Position numbers and translations under genes: made by a program | In this document: positions 1 through 13,000 of the stretch, in pieces | How positions within the stretch are numbered: the stretch's first letter is position 1 | How the letters are laid out: every line of letters begins with the position of its first letter | NCBI GenBank assembly: GCA_904063045.1 | Contig: CAJFCJ010000028.1 | Coordinates: 434,001-498,000, forward strand | Direction: 5' to 3' | From: Dimorphilus gyrociliatus | Lineage: Eukaryota > Animalia > Annelida | Length of the DNA: 64,000 bases | Notes under the pieces: model-generated | Databases searched by the model: none | The model's input: only the letters and a program-made list of their open reading frames with translations | Told to the model about the DNA's origin: nothing

Positions 1-548
1 CAGGTTTTGCTACCCTGATTAAAACAATATATATCAAACCGTTTTTGATTCGGCCTGTTGATTATTTGAAGAGCTATAATATACGACTTATTTCACTTGA
101 ATATCCATATCTTGATAATGTTTGATTATAGTTTCTCCATGAAAAAGACATAGAACCTTATATTGATTGCCCTTTTGCATGTCCTAAAAAAAATAAAATT
201 CTAATCACACCAATTTTCTTATCATTATTTTTTATCTATCTCTATTTGTTTATCTTTATATATCACTTCCAACTAATTAATACAAGTTCTTTAGTGCTGA
301 GTGCTTTCGAGATGATCCTTTAACGGTTATCTTTGGATTAACTGGTTTTTATTAAAAATCAAGAGAATATTAACTGCAATGGCTCCTCCCTCAATCGGTT
401 CTTACAACTGAACTACTAAGGAGTCCTCACGCAAGTCTAAGTGTATTTGATTTAATTGATTTGCATTGTCGCTTGAGTAAATGTACAACGAAACTACATT
501 GTTCAAGAACATCGAAAAGAGAAAGAACGAGAAAAAATATTAAACAAA

Positions 549-1669
549 TTAGAGCGCTGCTCCTTCATTTGGTGCAATTTCAGTATCTTCTAAGACTTTT
601 CGATTTGTGCAGTCATGCATGTCTTTTTCATATTTTCGTAAGTCTTCCATAGTCATTCCGACCCATTCATCGATCCAAGCATAAGCTTGTCTATGTCCTA
701 CAAGTAGTATTTCTTGAATACATGAATGAACGTACTGCTCCACTCGAGTCTGAAAACCCCAAACTTCGAAAAAGACCTTAACAACCTTATAGGAGCACAT
801 TATGGGCTGATGAGTTTCCCTCCAGTTTTTCTCACTAATCGGTCCACGGTTAGTCTTCTTCGACTGGAAATTCTTAGGATCTTCTTCTTTTTTGTAATGT
901 TTATCTGGGTATTGATCATGGACAATATCTATGTGAACTATTTCGCGTTTAGCGAGATCGTCGTCTTCTAAGTTTATACAATTTTCAGTTGTTCCTGGGT
1001 TATCTTCATAAGCTGTTTCGATGGCAATAGAAAATCTTGGGAAAAAAGAGCACTGTAAAGGTAAAAATAATATAGTTACTAAAGGCAACCCAACTTTAGA
1101 TCATGAAGTAGAATATCATTTAGTACTTATTTTTAAATTTAGAACTTAAGGTCACAGATAAAGCGGAATAAAAGTTTAAGAGACCACTTGTGACCGACAT
1201 TAAAGCAACGAAAAAAAAATGAAAAAGAAACGAAAAAAATTATAATTATTACAGAATATTCTGTCACAGTAAAAGGATAATAATTCCAAGCCTTTTCAGT
1301 TACATAGAATATCTTCGGTATCATACTCTGCATCCAAGTTGGCAATTTGCTGTTTATGTTTTAGATTTAATTCAAAGAAGAGTGTGAATCATAGGAACTT
1401 ACTTTGATAAATGTATTCTTTTCTCCGTATACTGGCCATCTCCGTGTTTTGGATCATGACAAGGCTTATTTGCTATTACTTCTACACCTTGACCTTTTTC
1501 ACTCTGTTCCAGACTATGTTTTGCAATCATATATAATTGACCTATCCTGTACTGTAATGAAATGCATTTTAAATAATACAATTAAATTCTAATAATCATA
1601 ATGTTACTTACTTCTTTCACAGAAAGAGGCATGCAAATTCTGTATTCTTTCAGGAGCATACTTAAATAT
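549..1669 (-). CDS. PITPNC1: Cytoplasmic phosphatidylinositol transfer protein 1 (RdgB-beta), 4 exons
   Basis: Spliced translation MLLKEYRICMPLSVKE|YRIGQLYMIAKHSLEQS...|KLPTWMQSMIPKIFYVTEKAWNYYPFTVTEYS|CSFFPRFSIAIET...MCSYKVVKVFFEVWGFQTRVEQYVH matches the PITPNC1 family; GT-AG junctions keep the frame; short C-terminal tail. Confidence 0.95.
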
Positions 1670-2072
1670 AGTAATCAGTTGTGTCCCGCTTAATTAACGA
1701 AATTCATATACCGTCTTGTTTACACATGACTTATTACGGTAGATCTAAAGTGATAGTGGAAATAAAAATTCTCCAGTTCTCTCACCAGCCTAAATATCGC
1801 AAAATTAAATTTAAATTAAGTAATATTATAAAATAATTGATTGAATTAAATGTTATAGCATAAAATTAACCCATTTTAAAGCTAATAAAATATGATTATA
1901 TTATAAAAAAAATACTTTTCTCCCGTTGTTTAGAGATACCCAAAAAGGAAATTACTGCTCGTTGGGAAAGACAAGAATTGCACAATATTACCCTTTCTTA
2001 ATCAAATTTGTTATGCCAACGCCTAATATATTAAAGCACTACCCCATCAGATTTTTAAGTGTCATTGATAAA

Positions 2073-2930
2073 ATGGCATCAAACTTTAAAGTTAAACAAG
2101 CCTTTGATTATTTTCTAGTCTTGGATTTTGAAGCAACATGTGATGATAAAGTTTCAATACAGCCTCAAGTAAAATATCATTTTCACTCTTAACTTGAAAT
2201 CAACTATTACAGTTAACAATTTTTCAATTTCAGGAAATAATTGAATTTCCGTGCATTAAGGTGAATGCTCAAACATTTGAAAGTGAAAAAGTTTTTCATC
2301 GATACGTTAAACCAGTTTATCGACCCCAGTTGACCCCATTTTGTACAGAGGTGAGATCAAACAAACTATTCGCTATTTTTCATAGAATAACCTAAATTAT
2401 TTTATTACAGTTGACAGGAATTATTCAAGATATGGTAGAAAATGAAAATAATTTTATCGAAGTTTTCAAGGTAATCTCTACAAGGAATAACGATAAAAAC
2501 CTAACATGTTAACATCAATTTCATTTCATTTAAGGATTTTGACATATGGATGAAAGAAGAATTGCTAGAAAAAGAAAAGAGTTTTGCATTTGTTACTTGT
2601 GGAGATTGGGATTTAAAAACGATGCTTCCTAGTCAATGTAGAACATCAAATTGTAATAAACCAAACTATTTTAATAGTTGGATTAATATTAAAAGAGTAA
2701 GTATTCCATTCTTTATTCCTTCACACAAAATATAATAATATCTTATCTTTTTTAAGTCTTTTAGCGATGTAACGGGCACTTGGCCAAGGGGAATGATTCC
2801 AATGTTACGTCAATTAAAATTAAAGCATGAAGGACGACATCACAGCGGAATTGATGATTGTAGGAATATAGCAAATATTTTAAAAGGGCTCGGTCAAAGA
2901 GGATACATCTATAGGCTTACACGTCATTAA
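2073..2930 (+). CDS. ERI3: ERI1-family DEDDh 3'-5' exoribonuclease (ERI3-like), multi-exon
   Basis: Motifs YFLVLDFEATCD, EIIEFPC, PQLTPFCTELTGI, FVTCGDWDLKTMLP and GRHHSGIDDCRNIA. Paralog assignment within ERI1/2/3 is from recall. Confidence 0.85.
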
Positions 2931-3259
2931 TACTTTCTTGTTTATTTATTTGCTAGGAACGGAACTTTTTAAAAACTGCTCTTTTCGTCTTTTTATTAAT
3001 ATTGTTGCTTTGACTTTTAATGTTAAAACTAGTTAATATATTTTTGTTACAAAACTTGATTGTTAAAGTTATGATAGAAAATTAAAATAATTATGCTTTA
3101 GATTGTGTAAACTAAATTGTCTAATAATTTCTATTTAAAAAGAAAGAAAAATCAGAATTCTATTATTATTAATTAGGAAAATACAGAATGACTTTAGGGA
3201 AACTTAAACTTAAATACAACTCTAATCTACGCGTTCAATTTAGCACCACCTTAGATATT

Positions 3260-3280
3260 CCACGTCATACGCGCATGCGT
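3260..3280 (+). promoter_or_regulatory. CCACGTCA (UPRE/CREB3-XBP1-type) followed by a GCGCATGCG (NRF1-like) motif upstream of USO1
   Basis: CCACGTCA at 3260-3267 and CGCGCATGCGT at 3270-3280, within 56 bp of the USO1 ATG; motif match only. Confidence 0.45.
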
Positions 3281-3315
3281 TCCGAATTTTCGTGGTGCGC
3301 CTTATTTTCATCCAA

Positions 3316-6300
3316 ATGGCAACTTTCATCGGGAAACTAATTCGAGGACAGCCGGCCGCTTCAGCTCCTTCTGGTGCAGATATCGTAAGAATATTCTAAA
3401 CTATTACTAAATAGACTATCAGAAAAACGATTACTTTCTATGAATGAAGTTTCGCTATGATCACTTTTTCAAGCGGCTTATTATTTCGTTTTGTTCTAGG
3501 TTGAAAAGCTGTGCGATCGAGTCCAGTCCTCAACATTGTTAGATGATAGACGCGATGCCGTAAGAGCTCTAAAATCTTTATCAAAGGTTTGCAATAGTTC
3601 TCTTGTGGACATTAACTTTAAAAGTAATTTTATTTTAGAAATATCAACTTGACGTTGGAACTCAAGCTATGGACATTCTAATTAATGTTTTGCAAAATGA
3701 TTCGTAAGTTGTCGGCTTTTACTTGATAACTAGGGAAAACCTTTCAATCAACTTTTTCGATCTTCGTAGAAATGACACAGAAATTATAAGTTACGCATTA
3801 GACACATTATGTAATGTGATGAGTAATGAAATATTTGAAGAGGGTAAGAAGTTCTTAAATTAAATATAATGAAAATGAACTAATTTTCTCCGATTCAGAT
3901 GTTGAAGGAGATTTCTCTTCCGTCTCTAATGATCAGCTGGGATCTCAATTCAGTGAGATGTTTGTAAAAAATGCAGACAATATTACACTTCTTTTAAAGA
4001 TACTAGATGAATACGATTTTCACGTTCGAAGACCTTGTGTACGATTAATAACACTATTATTAGAACATAGAGGCAAGGAATTACAGGAAGTAATTCTTGT
4101 TGCCCCAATGGGAGTTTCAAAACTAATGGATATTCTGTCAGATTCCAGAGAAGTGATTCGAAATGATGTATGCATAAGTTTCCTCAAATAACTAGAACAA
4201 AGCTTTAATTATTTTTAGTTCTCATATCAGGATTATGTAAAAAAAATCTAGTTCTTTATCTAAACCTAAACCTAGTAAATATATTATAATATCTACTATG
4301 ACAGTTCTATTGTCAGAATTTTAGTCTTTCTAAGAACTTTTAGAATATTTTAACAGAATTTTTCACTAAGGATCCTTCTGTTTTTGCTTTTTTTAGGGTC
4401 TTCTTTTGTTGGGTCAATTAACAAAGGGAAATGCTAACATTCAAAAAATAGTTGCATTCGAAAATGCTTTCGAGAGACTTTTGGATATTATTCTAGAGGA
4501 AGGATTTAGTGATGGTGGAATAGTTGTTGAGGACTGTCTTCTACTCTTGATCAATTTACTTCAGAATAATCCATCTAATCAGACATTTTTCCAAGAGGGT
4601 AGCTATATAAAGCGTCTGCCCGCTTTTTTCGATATCGAAAATGTTGATAATGACCGTGGCTGGTCAGCTCAAAAAGTAACAAACGTTCTACTTATGCTTC
4701 AACTAGTTCGATCGTTGGTCACCCCACGAACGGTTCAAGCCCAATTAAACTCTTGTCAAAAGGCTATGAATCAGTGCGGTATGTTAGATATAAAAGATTC
4801 ATGTAATAAAATATGTATTGCTGATGTATAAATTTTTTTTACTCAGGACTTTTGGATAAACTTTGTAAGATTCTTATGGCTAGTGGTATACCAGCTGAAA
4901 TTCTCACAGAAACTATTAAAACTGTGGCTGAAGCTATCAGAGGAAATAAAGCGAACCAGGAGATGTTTGCCACTGTATCAGCACCTTGTGAACCACCAAG
5001 ACCTGCAATTGTTATGCTACTAATGTCAATGGTTAATGAAAAGCAACCCTTTTCACTTCGATGCGCCGTTCTTTACTGCTTTCAATGTTTTTTGAACAAA
5101 AACGAAATAGGACAATCTCAAATAGTGGCTACACTTTTGCCTAGCTCTGCAGATGCTAGTTCTATAACTGCTGGCCAGTTGTTATGTGGTGGTCTATTTA
5201 GTGCCGAACAACTTTCGACTTGGTTAGCAGCTGTTGCACTGTTGCATTCAATTGCAGATAATACACAACAAAAGGAACAAATGCTTAGGGTCCAATTAGC
5301 AACAAGTCTTGGCAATCCACCAGTTTCTTTAATGCAGCAGTGCTGCGTTATCCTTACACAGAACTGTGGAATTCAAACAAAAGCTGGATTGCTCATGATG
5401 CTAGCACACTGGTTAACTGATTGTCCAATAGCAGTTACACATTTCCTAAACATTTCTAACACTGTTTCTTTCCTAATTTCTCAAATATCTGCTTCAGAGG
5501 GTGATGAATATGAAACAATTATTCAAGGTCTGTGTGCTTTTCTTTTGGGTACTTGTTTGCTTTATAACAGTGACAATGTTGACGGAGCAAACAAACATCA
5601 AATTTTACAATTGATTGAGCGTAGAATTGGAGTGGAGCCATTTTCAGAAAAATTGACAGCCCTCTGCAAGACTGAGACATATTCTAGAACGGCTAAAAAG
5701 CAAGAAATATCATATCGTTCATCGGATGAAGCAATGTTTGACTACGAATTTACAAGATTATATAGACGTCTCGAAAGTAAATATTCTATTTGTATTAACT
5801 AAGAAAAAAGTTTGTAAAAAGTATTGTTTTTACTTTAGATGAAATTTTGCGGAATTTAAGCGGAGGTTCATTGATGGATAATGATTTCGCTCGCCAGTCA
5901 GCTTCAGAGGAGCGTATTAAAAACTTATCTAAAGAACTAGATGACAAAAAGAAGGAAGAGGAAAGATTAAGGATAGAAAATGAAAATTTGTTAGGCAAAA
6001 TTCAAGAATTAGCGGACCAAAACTCTTTATTGAAAGCTTCAAATGCCAGTTGTAATACAAGCGATCTAAATTCTGAACTTGAAAAGTTAAATTTAGCCTT
6101 AAAAGAGAAAGATAAAATTATTCAGGAAATGGTCAGTATTCACAGCAAAATTCATAATTATTAATTAAGACACAAATTAATTATCTTTTCTAATATCTAA
6201 GAAATCGGAGCCGAAGGTTGAAGTAAATGGTAAGCATCCTGAGGCAGACGTTCTTGAAGAGATACAAACTCTGAAAGCTCACTTAGAAACAAATCGTGTT

Positions 6301-6618
6301 ATATTGGAACAACGTGAGGAAGAAGTTCGTTTATATAAGGAAAAATACGAAGCCCTCTCCAAAGAAGTTCCAGAAGTACAGACTACTGGTAATGATACAG
6401 AATTGAAAAAGCGCCTAGAAGAAGTGGAAAAAGAACTCGTAGAATCTAAGGAAGAGTTAGAATCAATTAGGAAAGAACAAGAAGATCTATTAGTTCTATG
6501 TTCTGATCAAGATACTAGATTGAAAGATTATAGGTCAAAGTTAAGAAGTCTCGGAGAACAAGTTGAGGATGATGATGATGATGACGAAGACGAAGAAGAA
6601 GACTTTGAAATGGATTAA
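3316..6618 (+). CDS. USO1: General vesicular transport factor p115, multi-exon
   Basis: VEKLCDRVQSSTLLDDRRDAVRALKSLSK, VAPMGVSKLMDILSDSREVIRND and NANIQKIVAFENAFERLLDII; armadillo head, coiled coil, EQEDLLVLCSDQD and an acidic tail. Confidence 0.97.
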
Positions 6619-6767
6619 TATTGAATATACTGTAAACAATTGGTGCTGAGCGTTGTAATTGTTGAAGCAAAAGAATTAGTTTAATTAAGTTAAATACAAA
6701 TGTGGTGTTATATGCTTACTATTCATTGAATGACACTCTAGTTTGAAAAAGCATGAAAAATTGTAAA

Positions 6768-7620
6768 TTATTGACATAAATCAACATCTACTCCCTGAAC
6801 AATGGCAGTATTAGCGATGGATATCACAAGTGTAATTGCGGAAACAGCTAATATCATGATTATAACATAATTTAGGTAGTTTTGCGTCCATCTTTCATTC
6901 AAGTTAAATGATTTCTCATCGGCTATGCTAGGCAGATCACTATAAAAATCTGGTAAAAAATCTTCAATGACGTAACTGTCTTGGCTAGAAGAAGAATCTG
7001 GTGGTAATCTATCGTAAGGACCCGAATTTTCGAATATTTTCAAGTAACGTTTATCATCAGGCGGAACATCGGCTTCTTCGTACGTATTTGCTACGAAAAC
7101 AGCTGTACATCTTGGTAGTAGAGGTGAAACAACTGTTAATCTAATGTTTATAATTTAATAAATATTTCTATTGAAGCAATTCTCGAGTATATTATTTTTC
7201 ACCTCTACACCTTCGTGTATGAGTTCCAGCAAGTCTTAACTTGGTAGCTAGACGATGATCAATTTTTTCTTTATATATTCTCTTTCCCCTTATCTTGTTA
7301 AGAATGTAATAAGGTAACCCACTTCTTGGTTTGCCAATGGACATTTGAAGCTGTTGGAAAGCATCGTGAGCACTGACCACAGAAAAACTGGCAAATGTTG
7401 ATTGGGAAGATGTGTGCCTGTTGTTTGCGAGTGATAAAGACATTTGAGATCCAGCCTTTCTAGTTTTAGAACGATATTGGCTCTTGGATATCATTCGATA
7501 TCTACTGGTCAATTGATTGGACAAATTCGAATTACTTATTTCAAGCTTGTCACTTAAGATATAAGACATGGACCTTTGACCTTTTATCCACCTTTTTCTA
7601 GAGATATTCCTTTGAGACAT
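6768..7620 (-). CDS. Uncharacterised protein of about 260 aa with a single C-terminal hydrophobic segment (tail-anchored type), 2 exons
   Basis: ORF 7192-7620 joins the frame of ORF 6768-7043 through a 70-nt GT-AG intron (7210..7141), giving ...HTRR|LTVVSPLLPRCTAVFV...YVIIMILAVSAITLVISIANTAIV. The donor GTGTAG is weak and the true start codon is uncertain. Confidence 0.55.
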
Positions 7621-7706
7621 TTCAATGTGTTTTTTAAAAAGGCTTGCAATTATGTTTTTGAAAATTTAAAAAACAGTTATCTTTGTTTTGGTTGTAATAA
7701 AATAGT

Positions 7707-8666
7707 TCAACGTACAATTTCCAATGACTTTAAGAAACTCAAAATTCCTGGTACTGAATTTATACAGTTAAATAATTTCCTATCTTCTCTACTCATTAAA
7801 CTTTCCGTCATATCTATTAAATGGTGGTGAAAAATTGAATACGACATACCAAGATTTATACTTAAATCTATAAAATCGCTAATGCATTCGGAAGTTGTTT
7901 GTGCTTTCCCTGTAAACATTGCTGGATTTCTTAATAAACCTCTAGCTGCCATTACCCCATTAACTCTGGTTGCTTCGTATATCTTATTAATATCTTCCAA
8001 AGTGAAAATATCACCATTAGCAATAACTGGAATTGCTATAGTTTCTTTAATGATTTTGATAGCCTCAATATCAACTGGCTCTTTTCTTTGCTTCGGTGTT
8101 CTCCCATGAACTGCAATATAAGAAACGCCAACCTTTTCAGCTCTTTTTACTAACTCTATCGTCTTGGACATGTCTTGAAGAATTCGTATTTTAATGGAAA
8201 TAGTAAAATTATCCATATTAACTCTTCTCCTCGCAGTGCTAATTAAATCACATACCGTTTCCGGCGATCTAATGATAAAATAATATATAAATTCACTTCA
8301 ATTACAAGAACGAACAACGTACTTTAAAAGGGCGGATCCATAATTCTCCTGCATAGCCCATCTTTGAGGGCAACCACAATTTAAATCTACGCCGTCACTA
8401 TAGTTTCGAACTATTTCAACGGCTGTAGCAAACTCGTCAGGGTCGTTTGAAGCAAATTGAACAACTAATGGTCTATCTTCATTGTTTGTATGAAATTCAT
8501 GATTTCTAGCACGTGTTGAGTTTACAAATGAACTGGCAATTATCATTGATGAATAAGCAACATGACAATTGTATTTCCGAACTAGCATTCTAAATGGTAA
8601 GTTTGAATATCTAACCATAGGTGCAGCTATATTAATTGGGTATTGATTTATTAGTAACTCATTCAT
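7707..8666 (-). CDS. DUS4L: tRNA-dihydrouridine(20a/20b) synthase, 2 exons
   Basis: IAAPMVRYSNLPFRMLVRKY, DRPLVVQFASND, GVDLNCGCPQRWAM, IAVHGRT, IPVIANGDIF and GVMAARGLLRNPAMF. Confidence 0.93.
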
Positions 8667-8774
8667 AGCTCTGACTAAAATATCGAACGATACAAGAGAA
8701 AAAACTGAACTACTTTAAAAACAAATGAGTGTTTTAGATATTTCTTATAAAAACTGGTAATAAAAATAGCGTTG

Positions 8775-9823
8775 TTATTTCGATAATAAATGTCTCCCGC
8801 CGTCAATTCTAATCATTGCTCCATTAGTAAATCCACTTATTTCGTCATCGGCTAGCATCATAATAGTTTTAGCTATTTGATCACTTCTACCAATAATGCC
8901 CATAGGTGTTTTCCTTGCTTCATCTTTTAAAAACTTTTCTAGCTCACTTTCATCTAACATTTTTCCTCCATTATTAAAAAATATATCAGTTTTTACTGTC
9001 CCGGGTAAAACTGCGTTAACTCTTACACCTTTCATGCCAAATTCTATTTCAAGCGTAAATAATGACAATTAAAGAAAGTAACTATTTAAAAATTCTTTAT
9101 AAACAAACCCTGAGCCGCTAATCTTGTTAATGTATTCATTCCAGATTTCCCAAGAACATAAGGACTTAGGCCTGAATACTTAAGTTGATATATTTATAAT
9201 TAAAATTGGTAAAAGTTAATATTTATGAATAAAACTTTATGCAATTTCATTAAATGTATACTTCTCTTTCTACACAACATATTAATATATTAAAGAAAAA
9301 GAAATATTTTCTTACCACTGTACTGTCAGATGCTAAACTGCTAACATTGATGATATTTCCCTTACTCTGTTGTAGATGAGGTAATGAAACTTGCATGTAT
9401 AACAACGGTGCTCTTGTATGAAGTCTCCACATGTATTCCATGTTTTCCAGAGACATTTTACTTAATAGCGATATTAGGGAAGAGCCAGCATTGTTTACAA
9501 GAACATCCAACCGACCAAAACAATCCACCGTTCGTTTCACTGACTGCTTCACTTGATCATCTATCATGACATCGCAAGTTATTGCTTTAATCTGAATTAT
9601 GAATGAATGTTAAACAAGATATCATTAGAATACATAATTTATTTCAAACATTTTCTTCTTTTACACCAGCTTGAATGCAATGATCAATAGTTTCATTCAG
9701 TTTTTTTTCTCTTCGGCCAATTATAGCAACCTTGTAGTTCTTTTTGGCGAATTCAACTGCGGTCGACCGACCAATTCCAGTTCCTCCTCCAGTTATTAAA
9801 ACAACTTTTATCATCTTATTCAT
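8775..9823 (-). CDS. Classical short-chain dehydrogenase/reductase (FabG-like), 4 exons
   Basis: TGGGTGIG Rossmann motif, [15 protein letters not shown], catalytic YVLGK (YxxxK) in a small exon near 9110-9178, VRVNAVLPG and IRIDGG. Confidence 0.92.
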
Positions 9824-10082
9824 TGCTGAATATGTATATAATTATTTATATCTTTGTAGGAAAATCATAGAGGAGCAATGTAATGAATATTTTACTACTA
9901 TTTTGAGGAATAGGTTATGGCCTTGCTGCAATATGTTATTTGTTGGCTGAATATAATATGGGTAGGTCTAAATAACAATGGGAGTAAACAGAGTTCCGAA
10001 TGTAGGATAATAAAAACACGGTAACTTGAGTATTATATACATTTTATTTAAAACAATAGAGTATTTACTGACTAATTATAAT

Positions 10083-13000
10083 TTAGATAGATTTAAGAAA
10101 AGAATCTAAAGTATCAATAAATAGGTAATAATGAGATTTCAGCTTGTTATGTAAGATTTTCAACATCTTCTTATCTTTCTTCTGTTTTGTTAGCATTTCC
10201 AATAAGTTTATAGATGACCTTAATAATTCGAAGTACTCCTGTAATAGATTTATAATTATATACAGAGAAAAAGCGAATATACGTTAATTTATACTTCTGT
10301 TTCTCCTTCCTGTTTCGTAAGTGAAGCTGTAATGTTAATATCATTAGTTTTATCCGCGTTGTTCGTTTGCGTAGAAATATTACTTAAGTAGTAAACAAAC
10401 AATTATTAAAATATCTAAAGAATACTTAATAAAAATAGATCATTTTCGATCTTTAGAGATCTTACTGGACTATTTTCAAGTTAACATTGTCGCTAGTTAC
10501 TGGCTCATTACAGAATGTCGAATCGGAAGTTGTAGTTTGAGGAGACGCAACTCTATCTGCAGAAATTGGATGAGATATATATGTATATATTATTAATATT
10601 TTGTTTAATGAATATTTCAAGAAGTTTTTGAAAAATAAACCACTTCCGCTTTTTTATTGAGATAATGAATATTGAACTTTGGTGTAGCTTTTTGTAAAAA
10701 ACCACAGCTTTTTCAATTGATAAATTAGATATGATAGAGATATAAAAATACAGCGCAGGTTATTAGCATTTTTAATGAATACAACCTACACGTGTTACCA
10801 TGATTACAAATTACTGCCATGATAGACTCAATCAATATTGAGCCGATACTTTAGTCGACTTGTTTTCATAAATGATTTTAATCAATTACCGCAAGGATAT
10901 CGTTAAGCAAAATAGAACATAAAAGTTGTACTTTAATGATACTGTCAATTAAGTATTGTATATCAAATCAAGTCTATCTAGAAAACAATGGACCAAAGTT
11001 CTGTAGACCTAATAAAACTAGAATGCTTTTCCCGAGTACCTATACACTTATACTATATATCTAAGGTATATTTTATTATCTACCTATTCGTTCTTCATCT
11101 TTAGAATTGTTTATCATTTGCAATTCGTTATCACTATTTTTTTTGTTACTCTTTTCCTGCTCGTCGTTGTCCATTTTCTTCTCTTCGAATTTAATTTTCT
11201 TTACAACCAAATCATCTTTTGCTGATGAAATTCGTTTTCTTTCTTTATGCAATTGTAGAGAATTTTCAGCAGGTGCTTTAGCATTTTTTGTTAAAACATT
11301 TCGAACTGCTTGCATTTGCAATAAATGGTCTTGATTCTGTTTTAGCTTATATCTCGCACGGCAACCTTTACAAAATTTCTTCTTCGATTTCCTTCTCTTC
11401 TTTACTTTCTTTCTCTAAAAAGAATCATTTTAAGTTATCAACTGACAGAAACAGAATTTAAATACTGACTGACATATTTTTAGTTTTCCTGTTATTTTCA
11501 TCAAGCTCTTTCTTATCTTCTTTTCCCTAAGGAAAGTTTTTGTTTTGATTAACTGCCTTAATAAGGAAAAGGGAGAGAGAATTGAAAGTTAAATGTCTAT
11601 ATACACAAATTTGAAGAACTTCTCCATCTTCAACTTTATTTCTTGGAGTTATAGGATGAATATTGAACTGTAATATATTGTAACATTGTAATAAATATTA
11701 ATTATAAAAAATATATTACATACTCGATTCTTATTGAAATTTTCAATAATATTTATCATTATATCAATTCTATTCATATCAGAAATCTCTGGTATATTTA
11801 ACGATTTTACTAATTGTAAGAGATTAGGATAATCTTTCATCAGATTATCATAAATTCTTATTAAAGAATTTTGATTCAAATTTGGAAATTTTTCTTGTAT
11901 ATTAGTAATTTCGTTATTTATCAAATCGTTTCGTTGACTTTCAACATATTCTATAATTTCAGACATTTTCTTTAAAGCTTTTGAGAGCCCAATCGTCCTA
12001 CTAAGCTCTACATCTATTAATAGAGTGTTGAATTGGTTAAATTAATTAATCTATAATGAACATAGACAAATATACAGCCGCGGTCAAAAATGTTTATACA
12101 TGAAAAAAAAGAAAATATTTTTTTTAAAAACTCATTTTTCTCTAATTTTGAGAAATAAAATTATTTTTCTTAAATAGAATGATGTTGTTTAAAGGGTATT
12201 TTATGTAATTTCATACAACATTTGTTTTTTTCAGCTTTTAAAAGTACTTTTTTTTTTTAATTTTAGACAACAAGTGCTTTTTGCAATTAAATTATATAAT
12301 TTAAAAATGGCCATAAATATCTATAAAAACATGTTTTTTGTCTAAATAGTTTTTAGAACATTTGAATTTAGAACAAATCTGACTCCTCAGATAATTACTT
12401 ACATTTCTTTGTCAAAATGAAATATCATTCTCAAATTAGAGAGCTAGCAAGGGCGAAAAAAGCTGAAATGACCTATAAAGAACTTGAGGCGGACTTAAAT
12501 ATCCCAAAACCTTCACTCCAGTATATCTGTGAGAACAAAAGAGCAGGAAAACCTGACAAAAGGGGAAGACCATCCAAAGCCAGTGAAAGACTGAAGTCAC
12601 TAATTAAAAGAGAATGCATAAGATTGCAGGAAAAAAGAGAGTTGGCAACTGCTAAAAAAATTAAGGATAACTTAAGCCTGGATCTTTCTGAAAGAACCAT
12701 TAGAAGGATTCTAAATAAAAATGGAGCAAAGTATCTGCCCATTTTGAAGGTATGCCCTTTGTCAGCAAGAGCAAAAACCACATGATTAAATATACTGGGT
12801 GGATGGATTCAGAGCCAAGTTGAATATAAAAATGTGGTCTTCACAGATGAGTCCAGGTTTTCGCTGGATGGTCCCGATCATCTGTTAACCTGGCAGCTCA
12901 ATGACAGGCCAAGGCTCTTTAGAGATAAGCTTCCAGTTGGTGGAGGAGGAGTGATGGTGTGGGGGTGTATATCCTCAGATGGTGAAGTTTTTATCCAAAG

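Noticed and set aside
1-460. Possible terminal exon(s) of a gene entering from the left edge (plus frame FFSAECFRDDPLTVIFG...SYN*; minus-strand acceptor near 184)
   Set aside because: No consistent splice chain on either strand and no recognisable homology; cannot be resolved at the window edge.
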